Source: Octopus vulgaris
Taxonomy: Eukaryota
NCBI GenBank assembly: GCA_951406725.2
Contig: OX597822.1
Span: forward strand, 30,504,001-30,568,000
DNA length: 64,000 nucleotides
Direction: 5' to 3'
Under the pieces are notes generated by a model that searched no databases, had not been told where the DNA came from, and worked only from the letters and a program-made list of their open reading frames with translations. Of the stretch, positions 28,632-43,303 are shown piece after piece. How positions within the stretch are numbered: position 1 is the stretch's first letter; every line of letters begins with the position of its first letter. Both the position numbers and the translations under genes were made by a program.

Positions 28632-28861
28632 GGCGGCGAGCTGGCAGAAACGTTAGCACGCCGGGCGAAATGCTTAGCGGTATTTCGTCTGTCGTTACGT
28701 TGTTAGTTCAAATTCCGCCGAGGTTGACTTTGCCTTTCATCCTTCCGGGGTCGATAAATTAAGTACCAGTTCCGCACTGGGGTCGATGTAATCGATTTAA
28801 TACCTATGTCTGTCCTTGTTTGTCCCATCTGTGTTTAGCCCCTTGTGGGTAATAAAGAAAT
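28632..28861 (+). mobile_element. SINE family A with TSD, nested in another repeat
   Basis: ggtattgtgcagaatatt occurs on both sides. Confidence 0.85.
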
Positions 28862-28987
28862 AGGTATTGTGCAGAATATTTGCTGTAGCCCATCTTTTAT
28901 ACCAAGAAAAAATAATGTACATGATAACACTTCCAATCAGTTAATATCAGAAGCCACGAGTACTGGTACTGCATCAGTGCATTTATA

Positions 28988-29039
<52 letters not shown>

Positions 29040-30633
29040 GTAGTAGTAGTAGTAGCAGCAGTAGTAGTAGTAGTAGTAATAGTATCATCATCATCATCAT
29101 TACGTATTTGTATCACATCCGAAAGGGTGTTAGTACAAACCATAAAAACTTTCTGACAAGAGTCGTCCTGACAAGAACACTTTTGTTTATGATCCTCTTT
29201 CTATGTAGTTACTTAGGCAGTAGCAGTACGATTGTTCATGTGCATACTTATTTTCTCACAGTTATATATAATGAACAACAAACTTCCCATCTGATTTCAC
29301 ATAGTATTTTTATAAATCCATTTAACAATGCCGAGGTTACTTCCAAAATAAAACCTGTTCTTTAAAATCTTTTTATATATATTTTTAGCTTTTTCTTATT
29401 ATCCCACGAAGGAACAGACGTTTCTTTTCGAAGAGTTTATCAGGCGTAGACTGAACTAATACCTTGAAAAAAAAAAATAACAATAGTAGAAAGAAAGCAA
29501 TAATATAAAATATACTGCAAATAATATAGATTCCTAATCTACCATCCCATTGAGTATTTCTGATATATCTTTTTTTTTTTTTTACGTTCAAAAGCTCTCT
29601 GTCGAACTATTGTTGATTCTCATGTCACCAATGGAAAATTCAGTCCTTAAAAACAAAAAAAGAAAACGTTTTTAATTTATATGCTTTCCTTTATGTAATT
29701 TTCATAATTTTTTTTCAAAATTTCCCCTCTTATTTAGCGTCAAGGTAGTCTTACCAAACAGACACGTTGAAAGGTGTTCCAGTGAGAATTTCAGTCTTTT
29801 TCTATATTCAACCCACTCCAATGTGTATTTCATCATTTTATTATTAGAAGATCCGGCTCAATTTGCAGTAATTTTGGCTGTTATTCCTAGCAAGTACCCC
29901 AACCTAGTCAAACCTTACACGTTGGCTTGTTCTGGTATTTCTAGAAGGTCGTGCTACTACGCAGAATGTGCTTCGTTACATCGTTCAAAATGTGTTTCAT
30001 TTTGCCGTTTATCCTTTCAAAAAATGTCCATTCGTGAACCTAGATAACTGATCTTGTAAACACGTTCACCGCTTGGTAAACGTGTTTACCACTTGGTAAA
30101 CGTTCACCACTTGTTGTTAAAACAGAGTGAAAACTGACAATGAAGCTTTAGTTTTCGAAGCCCATTCTTATCTGCAAGAAAGGCGCTTTCAGTAATCGGT
30201 ACACACTGAGCATTAAGTAACTTATTTTGTTATTGGGTTTCTATATTATCCGTAGATTTACTGAACCGTTTATTACATCTTTCCTTTTCTATGGAAGATG
30301 TCTTCGTTAGTATAATTGATTCAGTAGCATATTCGCGTATGGTGGTATATTGAAGATTACATTACTTTTTCTTCACTACATATTTGGAGGTCGTCTAGTG
30401 ATTTCAAATTCACTTTCTAGCTAGGTATGAAGAGACAGTTTTTGTGAGAAACATAGATGGCAACTGTAGCATTGCTGCCATTCCAGGGAATTATTTTTGA
30501 CGTAAAATAAATACGAGAAATTTACTAAAATATCCCTCTATAAAATACTGTACTTACGAATTTATTTAAAACTAGGACAGTGTGCTATTGAAACCTCAAA
30601 TGTGTGTGGAATATACAAGAATGATGATGTGTA

Positions 30634-31964
30634 GGGGAGACCGGGTCTAGTTGTTACATATTTTCATTTTTTTTTTTTGCCCTGGCACCCACATAAATGA
30701 ACACAACTGAAGTTTCTTTCGAGATTTAATTAGTAAAACATGCCTATTTATTGTTATCACCAGCAAAAAACAGAAATTACATAACATTGATTAGAGAGGT
30801 TCTAATTAATGAGGTGGTACTAGCTGTAACAACTTTTACCCTGAGTGCGGGGCACGTTGTGACACTAACTGGGGTACTTTGTTACAACTGTCGATAACTC
30901 GGAATAATGTTAACAAACAAGTTTAAAATGAATACATCTCCTGCTTCTTGCATCTAGGAAGTATTATTTTAATTAATTAAGTGTGCTTTGAACCACCTCA
31001 TATCATAATTGTGATGTTGAGAGTCCTCATCAGCAAATTTCCCCATTGTTATATGTGCCAGCCATCTAGTCTGAATTGTTCTCCATTAACTTCACACCAT
31101 ATAGATCATACAGAAAGTTCTGTCATCCATCGGTACAGAAAGTTCTGTCATCCATCGGTACAGTCAGTGTGTGCCTAGTCTTTACAGATCATGCATTGCA
31201 CTCATTCTTCACCTGAAAGGGAGTTGTAATACCAATCTGAGCAGACAAGGCAATTCCAATCGGCGACTTGCTTGCTGCAAGGCTGTTAGCCTTTGCCTTT
31301 ACCTGATTTAGTTGACTTTCCCTTCCTCTTTCTTACCTTTTCTGTAACAGTTGCCTTCTTTGGTTTGGATTTCTATTCGTTTATTTCATCCACTATGCGC
31401 TGTTTTACGGTAACATCCCGTAATGACTTCTTTTCATCCACAACTTTTCTGGCGGCTCTTTCCATGACATCAAGAGGTGTATCCGCCCCTTGTAGTTTTC
31501 CTTTTTTAATTTCTAGGCATGGCATGTTAAACTGAAATAGAAGGGGTAAGTTGTTACATGCCTGGGATAAGTTGATACACTGTAACAATTAGCCCCGACC
31601 ATGGATTTCTGTGGATTACCTCATACATAGCACTAGCAATGCATGGCATCCAGGACACGCCTTCATGTGTCGAAGGCAACTTCAAACATTTCCTAGTGAG
31701 CCACAAACTACTTCAGTAACACCACTTGTGCTTTTGTAGTTAAGGAAATAACTTTGTGGCAAAATTTCACTTTTGGAGTAAAAAAAATAATTTTTTGTGT
31801 CATAACTTCCTGGTGACAGCCTGCCAGTGCAATATACATGTGCAGTCATGATACTATGGAGTTGGCCTTCACGAGGTAGAGACCCGAGTGCTACCTATTT
31901 CTTGAAGTTGGAAACAATGGGCTTGTAACAACTTACACGTGTAACAACTAGACACGGTATCCCC
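30634..31964 (-). mobile_element. Internally deleted pogo-like DNA transposon (psq-type N-terminus and C-terminal PHD finger)
   Basis: 25-bp TIRs GGGGA(G/T)ACCG(G/T)GTCTAGTTGTTACA flanked by TA; MPRN*KRKTTR..DVMERAARKVVDEKKSLR near 31520; CLVC..EE*VQCMICKD*AHTDC near 31160-31260. Confidence 0.8.
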
Positions 31965-32929
31965 TAATTTGAACAGACGTTTTATACATACGCACGTACA
32001 ATGTTTACTTTTAATACACTGCAGTTAAAGTTTGTTATCGCTTATCTTAGATTGTGTGACAGTTGGCCACTGAAATATATATATATTTTTGAATATATGT
32101 TATCTGGGAGATTCTCTTATGGTAGAGAAATAGCTAGGTGTTTGGGTGCTATTTCCAAATTTTCGGTATGTGGTAAAGCAAATTGTTTTGCTGAGACCCT
32201 AATTATAATTATACTCATAACTATAAAAATATTGTTGTTCAAGTTTACCGATAATGGTTCTTTTAACATGCCGAAACTACTTGGTAGAATTATTAATGAT
32301 TAATAACTAATAACTATTAATTAATTAATTTTAGCCTTTATATATATATATATTTATATATGTATATGTATGTTTGTATGTATGTATGTACATATATATA
32401 TATATAGAAGGCCGTGATATATATATATATATATGTATATGGATCTTTTTTATAAACATTGTTTAAAATATATGAATTCATTACGGCAAATATACATAAT
32501 CAAATAATAATTTTATCTTACTATCGCTACAATTACATTTGAAACATAGTTAGGCAAGCCATGTTTTCGGAGATAACTGTAAAAAGGGATCGAACGCAGT
32601 ATTGTTAAAGATACACAAATCGTGTATTGTGGACTCCTCAGTCAGTTGTCTTTTAATCAACTCAATAAATTCAAATACAATTTACATTACAGGCGCCTTT
32701 TCTAAGTCTGCTTATTTAGATATACATTCCATGCAATGGTTTGGAAAGTGATCATTTTATAATACGAACGTGATAAAATCGAAAGGTTTATACCTAAAAA
32801 CAAAAAGTATTATTTAGAGTAAGGATAATTGGGTAGTCTTTCAGAGGAATAAATTAACTTACTTTTATATGTCGGTTACAACACATATTTCCACACACAC
32901 ACACACACACACATACTGACTCCTCACAC

Positions 32930-32979
<50 letters not shown>

Positions 32980-35900
32980 TCTCACACTCACATATATGTA
33001 TGTACGTTTGCATGCATGTAAGTATACATACAGTATATTCACACACTCAGAAACAGACAAAGCACAAAAACAGGGCAACAATAGTTTATTTTCTAATCAT
33101 AAATCAATGTAGGTCACCATAAAAAAAAATATGTAAAACCCATAAGAAATTTATACACAGCACCTTATTGGCAGAAAATCACGAAACTCTGGTATATTCA
33201 ACTGTTTTGAAGTACTAAAACTCTTGAGCCTCACACATTCTTCAATATAGGCCATGATCAATCACGGCAATGTATTCTTCTCTGTGAACTTGTTCGAACC
33301 CAATAAACTTATAACAATTGCCAAATTTCTGCAAATTCCATTCTACGGTTTTAAATCAGGCAAGTGGTATTGATTGGACAACGTGTAGACTTAGCAATAA
33401 AAATAAACAGAATGGTCGACCTTGGAGTCGATAAATTAAGTACCAGTTGCAAACTGGCGTCGATCTAATCGACTTGCGCCCTCTCCAAAAATTTCGGGCC
33501 TTGTGTCTAGAGTAGAAAAGAATATAACTGTGTCATTAAAACCAAAATATTTTAAAAGATGGTTTGGACATCAAAAAAGAAAGCTAGTCGCGCTGCGTTG
33601 TTTTCTCCTCACATTTGAATCTCTGTATCATTCCAATAACACAAATTAATTTGTATTGTTACTCTTGTTTTTAAGGCTGCAAATTGGTAGAATCGTTAGC
33701 ACGCAGAAGAAAATATTTAGCAGCATTTAGTCGTGTTCCGAAAAAGAACTCTGTTTTCAAATCAGCACCTCTTTGTTTCTCAAGTTAAATATAACTAAGC
33801 GAAACACGCTGTTTCAGAAAAATCACTTCAGGTGCATTCCAAAGAAGATATATTTCTGAATATTCATCACAATCAGTAGATATTGGTTTAATAATTTGGA
33901 GCAAAGCCAGCAATTTTAGGGAAGTGGTAAGCTGATTTCATTGACCCCAGTGTTCCACTGGTACTTGTTTCTCGTCCCCAAAACGATGAAAGGTAAATTT
34001 GATCGCGTCGGAATTTGAACTCAGAACGTAAAGGCGGTTGAAATGATGTAAAGCATCTTACCCGGCGAGCTGACGATTCTGCCAGCTCGCCGGCTTGCAA
34101 TCAATAGATGTTGGATGTTGGTTAAGTTACTCTGAGATCTTTGCTCTATTTCTTTTTATAGTCATTTAAACATCAATTTCTAATGCTCTTTATAAACTGC
34201 ACTGATACAAGAACCTTTCTCCTATTCTTTTAAATCAATATATTTCATGCCTTTCGATCATGGAAATTTAAAACATTTACCTTCTTTGACAAGCTGGTGT
34301 TTGCAAGATATATGAAGTAATGGTTTAAAGCTATACAATCATTGTGTTAATAAGCTATTGCAACAATGGAGACTTAATGTATATTATCGTAGTTTATATA
34401 TTACAAGTAATCGTTCTATGTAAATTACGTCGTTGCGTATTATCTACACCATTATTTTGTTATGTTAACCTTCCACTCAATGTTTATCAGAAAAATCCTA
34501 TATATTATTTTGGTAATATAGGGGCTACAACAACAGCTACACTAAACCCATGAGTATTAATTAAACTGAAATCTGTACAGAGTCGAAGATCTAAATGATT
34601 CCCACTGCACTCTATTTTAAAGTAATTTTAATTAATTTTGATCAGTTCAAATTCCAAAAGTTGTCTTCCCTACCTTTCTTGATCGGAGTTAATTATTAAG
34701 CTCTTTATAAACTGATCGGATATTTTCAGTTTGAACATAATTTTAATTAGTTAACATCTTTTGGCGTCCATTACATTAAGTTAACATCCAAATTACTACT
34801 TGTTTTTCACTAAAAAAAATTGCTAAATATTTCCTCCAGTCATTTCTACACTCATTGCAAGTCAACAAAAATATTCCAAGGGTGCTTTCTCTTTACTTAT
34901 GCTGTTCATAGTGCTAATGTTGTGATAACGTCTGAAGTAAGGTTTATAATCATAAATGCAAAACAGCTTCCTCCATAAACTAAGAACCCAGCTCATCAGA
35001 GGTTCCTGCTAACTTTACGTTAACCAAAAATATTACTGAATCGTATATAAAAAAAGAGGTTAAATCAATGACTTCATGATAAACGAGGTGAAGAAAAGAA
35101 TATATAACCTCGTTGATTACATTTATTTCTACGTTGAAATGGTGATTCTTTTATCTGCGTATATATTAATTTCTGATAAGGTATATCAAGAATTGATCTT
35201 CTAAGACGTACCGACTACACACTTTAGACATATAACTAATATCAGTTGTAAGTTATTAATTCCACTTCGTTTCCCCACCATATCTACGAATTTAAAGCTG
35301 TAGCGTGGGCTGAGTTCTTCTTAGCCAATTGCTCTCGAGCCATGGAGAATAAACATTTGATTATTACTCAATGAAACTTCGAGACTAAGCTAAACTTTCA
35401 TTTCTTTGCAAATATAGAAGTTTTTATTCTTTGTTAAAAAACAAACCCTCATTTAATGATATTCATTGTGAAGTTAGTTTAAGCCGTAGACAACTAAACT
35501 GTTTGGTTTGGATTCCTTATAACATAATATTATTGATCCGACTTAAAATCTAACAAGGAAAAAATGTCTTTCATCCCAATAAAGGGCATCCAAATGCAAA
35601 ACAGAGATTAACTGGAGTTTAATCAGCCCAAGAAAATCCTATGCTTTAAAATAACTGACATTGTAATTACGCTCAAGAAAATCAGTTCTCTTCAATGCTA
35701 TATTAAATAGGCTGTTTGACATCAAAACATTCTGGCTAATGACATATAAACCAGATTTTAAACCTTTAATCAATATAAGACACCCGAAACACATCCCCTC
35801 TTTTGTTTTGCTTTTTGCTTGGGTTTCTTATTTTTAATGTCCAGTAATCCCCTTAAACCCTACTTTGATCAAGACACACTTTTGTCAATGGCCGAACTCC

Positions 35901-36249
35901 GAGGTTTTATTTCCCTTAAGTTATATTTTCAGTCTGATGACTGAATCAAGAAAAGTTAAAACATAATGAACATGCAAGAGTCTGAATAAATCAGAGATGC
36001 CATTACGACCCAAGGAAATATGAAACTTATTACACCACTGAGATGACTCCTTGTTAAGGGGCGCAACACTAACATAAACATCACAACTACTATCGGCGCA
36101 CTATCACCGCTTAACAGATTGGCCATTGGCTAAACATTTACAATTGGCTATTGGCTAAAAGTGTAGAGACACGATAAGTTATTTCCAGATAATTTATACG
36201 TAACTACAACACATACACGCACACACACAACACACACGCACACACACAT

Positions 36250-36281
<32 letters not shown>

Positions 36282-36486
36282 GCGTGCGCGCCAACACACA
36301 CACACACAATCTTTCTCTATCTTGCACTTTCTCTCTCTATATATATGTGTGTGTATGCATGTATATATGTGAGTGTGTGCGTATGTGTGTACACATGTGT
36401 ATATATATGTATATATATGTGTGTATGTATGTATGTATATATACATGCATATGTATATATATATATATATATGTGTGTGTGTATAC

Positions 36487-36568
<82 letters not shown>

Positions 36569-37242
36569 GCATACACATATATTGTGTATGAATGTAAGTA
36601 TTTTTTTTCTTCAAGATATATAGCCCACAATGCTATGTTAATTACACTCTGATAGGAGCGGAAATCGGTTCTGTCTTTAATCATATACAGAAAACGTCAC
36701 TGTATTTCGTGTATTATTTAATTCTTCCCTAATAACAGGCCACAGCAAGTTAGTAGATATTTTTGAGCATCGAACTAATTACCATTGATTGTTAGTTTTA
36801 ATGTTCTGTGACTTAGATAAATTTGTTTGCTATTATCAGCGTAGGTAGACAGTTATTAGTTTCGATTACACCTGTGCGATAGTGTTGTATTCTACTAGAT
36901 TCTGAAATAAGATCGCAATTTAAGTTTGGAGAGTATATCGAAACTTACTTTACAAAGTTCGCCACAAAAGTCGAACGTGTCCTGACCTCCATGTGGTGTC
37001 ATCGTTATTCGATATTTAACCACAAATTTAAAATTAGAACAAACACATTTAGTTCTGTATTCGTTACCTCTCTGAACTATAGGGTTTGTAGGGACAAATT
37101 TTGTAACGGAAGTGTTGCTCTTTTACGTTTTGCAAGAAATACTGACTACGAAACATTCTCTAGACCAGAGTCCGAATAACTTAAGTTCTTATATTTTGCC
37201 TTGACCAACCTTCCATTGCAGAATATCAGCTTATATATATAG

Positions 37243-37289
<47 letters not shown>

Positions 37290-37675
37290 TATTAATTGTT
37301 ATCACCAAGCTAATATGGCAGTCCAGAAAAATAGGACGAATGTTGCCGTTGATTAGCTCCAAGAGGCCGTCGCCTCTAGATAGCTATGTGACACACAAAC
37401 CTGTGTCCATTATAACCTTCGAACAGGGGAGGTCAGAAGCTTCCCCTTGCAACAGGGGTGATCAGCAGCTACTCCTTCCAACCACCTCGAAACTAGTCTG
37501 TGGATGCCAGACCAGCAAGGGGAAGCAGCTGACCTTCCATGTTCGAAGGTTATAATGGACACAGGTTTGTGTGTCACATAGCTAGCTAGAGGCGATAGAG
37601 TCTTGGAGCTAATCAACGGCATCATTCGTCTTATTTTTCTGGCCTGCCATGTTAGCTTGGCGATAACTATTAATA
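37290..37675. repeat. Long fold-back: about 161-bp inverted arms with a 64-bp spacer
   Basis: 37290-37450 versus the reverse complement of 37515-37675, roughly 90% identical by eye; lies between two (TA)n tracts. Confidence 0.9.
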
Positions 37676-37722
37676 TCCAGTACAGCTACCGTAGTCTCCT
37701 TTAGAGAGAATTGGAAATAATG

Positions 37723-37878
<156 letters not shown>

Positions 37879-38223
37879 GTGTGTGTTACGGTAAGAGATT
37901 TGAAAGAGGAATAAATTACCTTACAGCTGTTTCTGGTAAAAGATGCAGTGGACTCATAGTTGAGTGCCTGAATAACATCTTATAGCTTTTTCGGAGCTCT
38001 GAATACGAAATGCAATTTCTAACGTGTTATTCAGGCACTCACCTATGTGCCCACAGCAATTTATAGCAGAAACAGCCGTAAGCTACTGAAGTTCATAAGT
38101 TAATCATTTATTAATTTGTCATCTCTCCTTCTTATTATCGCTCTAGACCCGGCTGACTGTTTGTTCTCAAACTTACGTATACTGGGTTCTAAATCAGGTT
38201 ATTAGTCACGCAATGCCTGCGCG

Positions 38224-38973
<750 letters not shown>

Positions 38974-39205
38974 TGGCGGCGAGCTGGCAGAAACGTTAGC
39001 ACGCCGGGCGAAATGCGTAGCCGTATTTCGTCTGTCGTTACATTCTGAGTTCAAATTCCACCGAGGTCGACTTTGCCTTTCATCCTTTCGGGGTCGATAA
39101 ATTAAGTACCAGTTTCGCACTGGGGTCGATGTAATCGACTTAATCCCTTTGTCTGTCTTTGTTTGTCCCCCTCTATGTTTAGCCCCTTGTGGGTAGTAAA
39201 GAAAT
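38974..39205 (+). mobile_element. SINE family A inserted in a (TA)-rich tract
   Basis: Full head-to-tail copy. Confidence 0.85.
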
Positions 39206-39211
39206 ATATAT

Positions 39212-39260
<49 letters not shown>

Positions 39261-39973
39261 TAAATACATACGTATGTACACATATATATACATATATACA
39301 TATACACACATATGTACATACATATATACACTTATATAAGTCATAAAACAGAAAAACTCACACAACTCCATAAAACTGTGAGAATGTTAATCTTTTCTTC
39401 CTTCGAATTTTCTCAAGCAACTAATACTTGTGCTTCTAATGAAACTCAGACAACTGAAGACTACAAAAGAGGAGGCCTTGACCTCTCGTTTAATGGCTGA
39501 TATGACAGTGTTGCATGAAACAGAATACTGGAATAAAACTTTCTTGTCGCTCTTTATGTGTTGTTGACGTGTCAACAGTGTATATATGTTCTTTATGTAA
39601 GTTTCGAAGCAATTGCCAGCTTGGTTTGAGCTTATCCATCTCAAGGCTACTGTGCAAGGCTGGCTCAGCAGGAAACTAATACAAATCTCAATTGGGCCAA
39701 TGTTGAGTCACATTCAGGAAGAACATATAGCTTTAAGATACCAGTAAATCACGGCAACTTTGATATATTCACAAACAAATGTTGGAAGATTGTACGTGCT
39801 CCACGAACACGTACAAGCTTGAGGAGACCTGGCTACAAGAAAAGGTAGCCAGTTCTCTCCTCAAATCACACTTTCTCATTTCAAAAGAAATGGTAGACTT
39901 CATAGAATGATAAGTTATGCATACATATATATATATCTAAGGTATGTTTGTTTCCAAACATCACTTATTTTAG

Positions 39974-40054
39974 TGGTGTTGACACCGCCGGATTCAATGG
40001 TACTGCCCTGGTATCGAAACCATAGTGATATCCGCGGGACTGCTGATGATGGAG
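39974..40054 (+). CDS. Candidate extracellular stalk exon of the membrane-protein gene (xVLTPPDSMVLPWYRNHSDIRGTADDG)
   Basis: ttattttag acceptor; 81-nt open phase 1-1 exon, GC-richer than its flanks, in frame with the TM exon. The donor GAG|GTGTAT is weak. Confidence 0.4.
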
Positions 40055-40484
40055 GTGTATTGGATTGTTGGTATGGCTCTTATTGCACGGCACCTTTGGT
40101 CAACCCGGGGTTCTAGACATTTACTATAGCCCTGTGTTAGCTTGTTGGTCATATCCGATTCCTATTTTGGGATGGTAGACTTAGGCCATTATCTGCCTAA
40201 AGACCTGCACATATTCCTTTGGAATAGGCGGCACTATTGCAAATATCGCAATGTCTTATATTGTTATGTCTCTTCTCTGAAAATTTCATCCCTGCACAAA
40301 TCTTGGAGGCGCTACATATTCTATGCTGACTGTCTTTCTATTGCTAATGCGTAATTAAAAACACACAACAACAAAAATGAAATAGCAACGGCCGAAAAAA
40401 CTCATTCATCAAGAGACCATTGCCATGCATCCTGTTTGTCATCGGCAGACGGAGGTGTGATAATTAATTAATTTTTTTTATGCG

Positions 40485-40725
40485 CCTTTTTAAAGCCTAG
40501 CCAGGCTCATTGGTCCGGTTTCCCGGTTTCTATGGCGTATGTGTTCCCCAGCTGGATAGGACGCCAGTCCATCATAGCGTTACTCATTTTTGCCAGCTGA
40601 GTAGACTGGAGCAACGTGAAATGAGGTGCTTTGCTCAAGAACACAACGCGTCGCCCGGTCCAGGAATCGAAACCACAATCTTACGATCATGATGCTGACA
40701 CCCGAACCACTAAGCCAAGCGCCTC
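40485..40725 (-). mobile_element. tRNA-derived SINE family C
   Basis: Minus strand head ggcttagtggttcgg...ggtttcgattcc, CORE-like cttgagcaaagcac; tail ggaaaccgg shared with 15370-15653. Confidence 0.75.
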
Positions 40726-40885
40726 TACGTGAAAATTAATACTGTGTATATAATCTAAAATATCTTTAATTGTATATTTTCTTCACTGTATTGTTAAATT
40801 CACCTAAATTTCTACGTTCATCTCCAGAACGCAAAATTGTATATATTCTTGTAATTAATGCTATGATTTATTTTTCTCTTTACAG

Positions 40886-40994
40886 ATGTAGTGAGTGCCG
40901 AAGCTTCGTTGACGATAAAACTTGCTGTGGCTTCAGCTATGGCCGTTCTAATGTTTATACTACTTATGATAATTATCGTTATCGGTATCACCTG
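40886..40994 (+). CDS. Transmembrane exon (xVVSAEASLTIKLAVASAMAVLMFILLMIIIVIGIT)
   Basis: Strong acceptor tttttctctttacag and donor CTG|GTAAGT; 109 nt, phase 1 to 2; encodes a hydrophobic stretch of about 23 aa. Confidence 0.85.
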
Positions 40995-41758
40995 GTAAGT
41001 TTATATCATATTGTCGATATATTATCGAAGAAACCTTCTTCAGAATACGTCAATGAATTCCAGTCTCGCTTAGATTGCAGCTGGCTTTTTAACTTTAGAA
41101 ATCGATAAGGAAGAATCGGTAGCACGCTGAACAATATGCATTTTTAGCAGGCCTCATCTTATTGCTAGAGTTCAAATCATCCCACAAGGGTCAATTTTTT
41201 CTGTCGGCTATTTCGATGACAGCAAATATAAGGCATGTTCTGAGGGTGATTATATTAGTAGTACCATCCACGCTGAAAAGTGTATGGTATGCTGCGTATG
41301 TCAGAAGCTGTTATTAAAATCGATAAAAACTGCGGGCTGACAGAATGGTTAGGGCGTCGAACAAAAGGCCTTGCAGTATTTCTTTATGTTCTGACTTCAA
41401 ATTTTGTCGAGGAGAGCTTTACCTTTCAAACTTCTGGATCGATAAAATTAAAATACCAGACAAATACTGATATCGATATTATCAGCTAAACAAATCATGG
41501 TCTTGTATCAAAATTTCAACCCACTATTGATAACAGCAGTTCGGCGTAATACCAAAAACGTTAGGGCACTGCAGTAAATACATTTTTGAATATTTAAGGC
41601 GGTGAGCTGGCAGAATCGCTGCCACGTCGCGCAAATTGCTTAGCGGCATTCCGTCCGTCCTTACACATTAGTTCAAATTCCATCAAGGTTTATTTTGCCT
41701 TTCATCTTCCTTGAAATTGCTGGGCTTGTGTCAAAATTCGTAACCATTTCTATTGATA

Positions 41759-41840
41759 TGTAAAAGCTTCTTGTATTTGCTTTAGCTATTTTCTATCGAA
41801 TGTAAAAGCTCCTTGTATTTGCTTTAGCTATTTTCCTATC
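41759..41840. repeat. Tandem duplication of about 41 bp
   Basis: atgtaaaagct(t/c)cttgtatttgctttagctatttt occurs twice. Confidence 0.85.
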
Positions 41841-43035
41841 AATAACATCTGGTGATTAATTTGGAGTCTCTCTTTAAAAACTATAGTTTATTTATGCGGT
41901 TGATATCTCGATATTACATCAATTTTTTTGTTTTTGCAAATAAAAACAAAATATGGCTTCCTTTTTTAAAGATGACATTGCGTTATGTGAGGAAGATTTG
42001 GCTGTCATGTTTGTCAGATAGAGCTGCCATTCTCTCTTTTGATAGCTATTTTATGATATCCATGGCAAAGATATTTAAATCTGAAATTTTCCAATCCACC
42101 TAGCTGAAATTATCAAGCGTGACGTATAAGCAACTTCTAAACTAAAGAAGTAACTATTTAACATGGTTTTCTAGCATAGACACAAGGTGAGAAGTTTACG
42201 GAAGGTAGTTAATTGATTAAATTAAACCCAACACTTGACGGTTACTTTATTTTATCGACACCAGTGTGATGAAAGGCAAATTTGAACTCGTTATGGTTTT
42301 AACTAAAATGTATAATGACGCAAGCATATGGTGCAATGAATTTTGTCTGATGTTTAAGATTCTGCCTTAATAGCATAGAATATATTAATTTTTTCTGTGT
42401 GTATAACTTTGACAGATATTCAATCTCCAGACTGCAGAGTTTCCTTTTTTGTACTCATAGAGCTTTAAGTGCCTTAAATGTTCTTTGGATACTTCCATGT
42501 TAGAAAGGGTTTTAATCAAAGAAAATTTAATTCTATTATTCTGTAAAATAATATTTAATTAGTTTAAATGTACTCAAGTGCATAAAAATAATTTGTAATT
42601 CCATTAGACATTCTAAAATACTATTAAATTTTATTCAATTTTAAACAGAACTTATGGGATGACCTGACATATATGTGCTTGTATGTAATGCAGCAATATA
42701 TATGTATATATATATATATTATGTATGTATGTGTGTATACGATCCAAGAAGTCCAGTCAGGTAAAGTGTTACTAAAGGGAGTGTAGGTTTATTTGGTATA
42801 TAATGTTACGTTTACAAATTGTTCATATTGTTTCAAGTATCATATCATCAGAGGAAAAATCTGTTTAGTTGTGCTTGTATGTTTGAGCGTGAGTGTATGT
42901 CTCTTTATAATTGTGTGTGTGTATGTGTGTGATCGTATATTTGAAGATGTGAAACCTTTAATGTAACATGTGATTGATATTTTATTTTATTAAATATGAA
43001 TTTCTGTTTCTTATTTTCAAATGTTAATGTTGCAG

Positions 43036-43217
43036 CAATAAATGGTACGATAAATATCAAACTAAGCTTGGACGCGGAAAAATACCAGCTATTTCCAGTT
43101 TCTGGAAGAAACGAAAAAGCATTCGACATTCGGTGGAATCTGCGCGAAGCAAGGACCCACTCAGCACTTATAACAGTGTGATAATTCCATCACCAAATCC
43201 GAGAAACAATGAAACAG
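43036..43217 (+). CDS. Juxtamembrane cytoplasmic exon (CNKWYDKYQTKLGRGKIPAISSFWKKRKSIRHSVESARSKDPLSTYNSVIIPSPNPRNNET)
   Basis: Acceptor ttgcag, donor CAG|GTAAAC; 182 nt open in the phase-2 frame continuing from the TM exon; basic residues fit the positive-inside rule. Confidence 0.75.
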
Positions 43218-43230
43218 GTAAACTTACATG

Positions 43231-43303
<73 letters not shown>

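Noticed and set aside
28930-28980. Faint resemblance to U2 snRNA motifs
   Set aside because: Only short scattered matches; no branch-point pairing region or Sm site.
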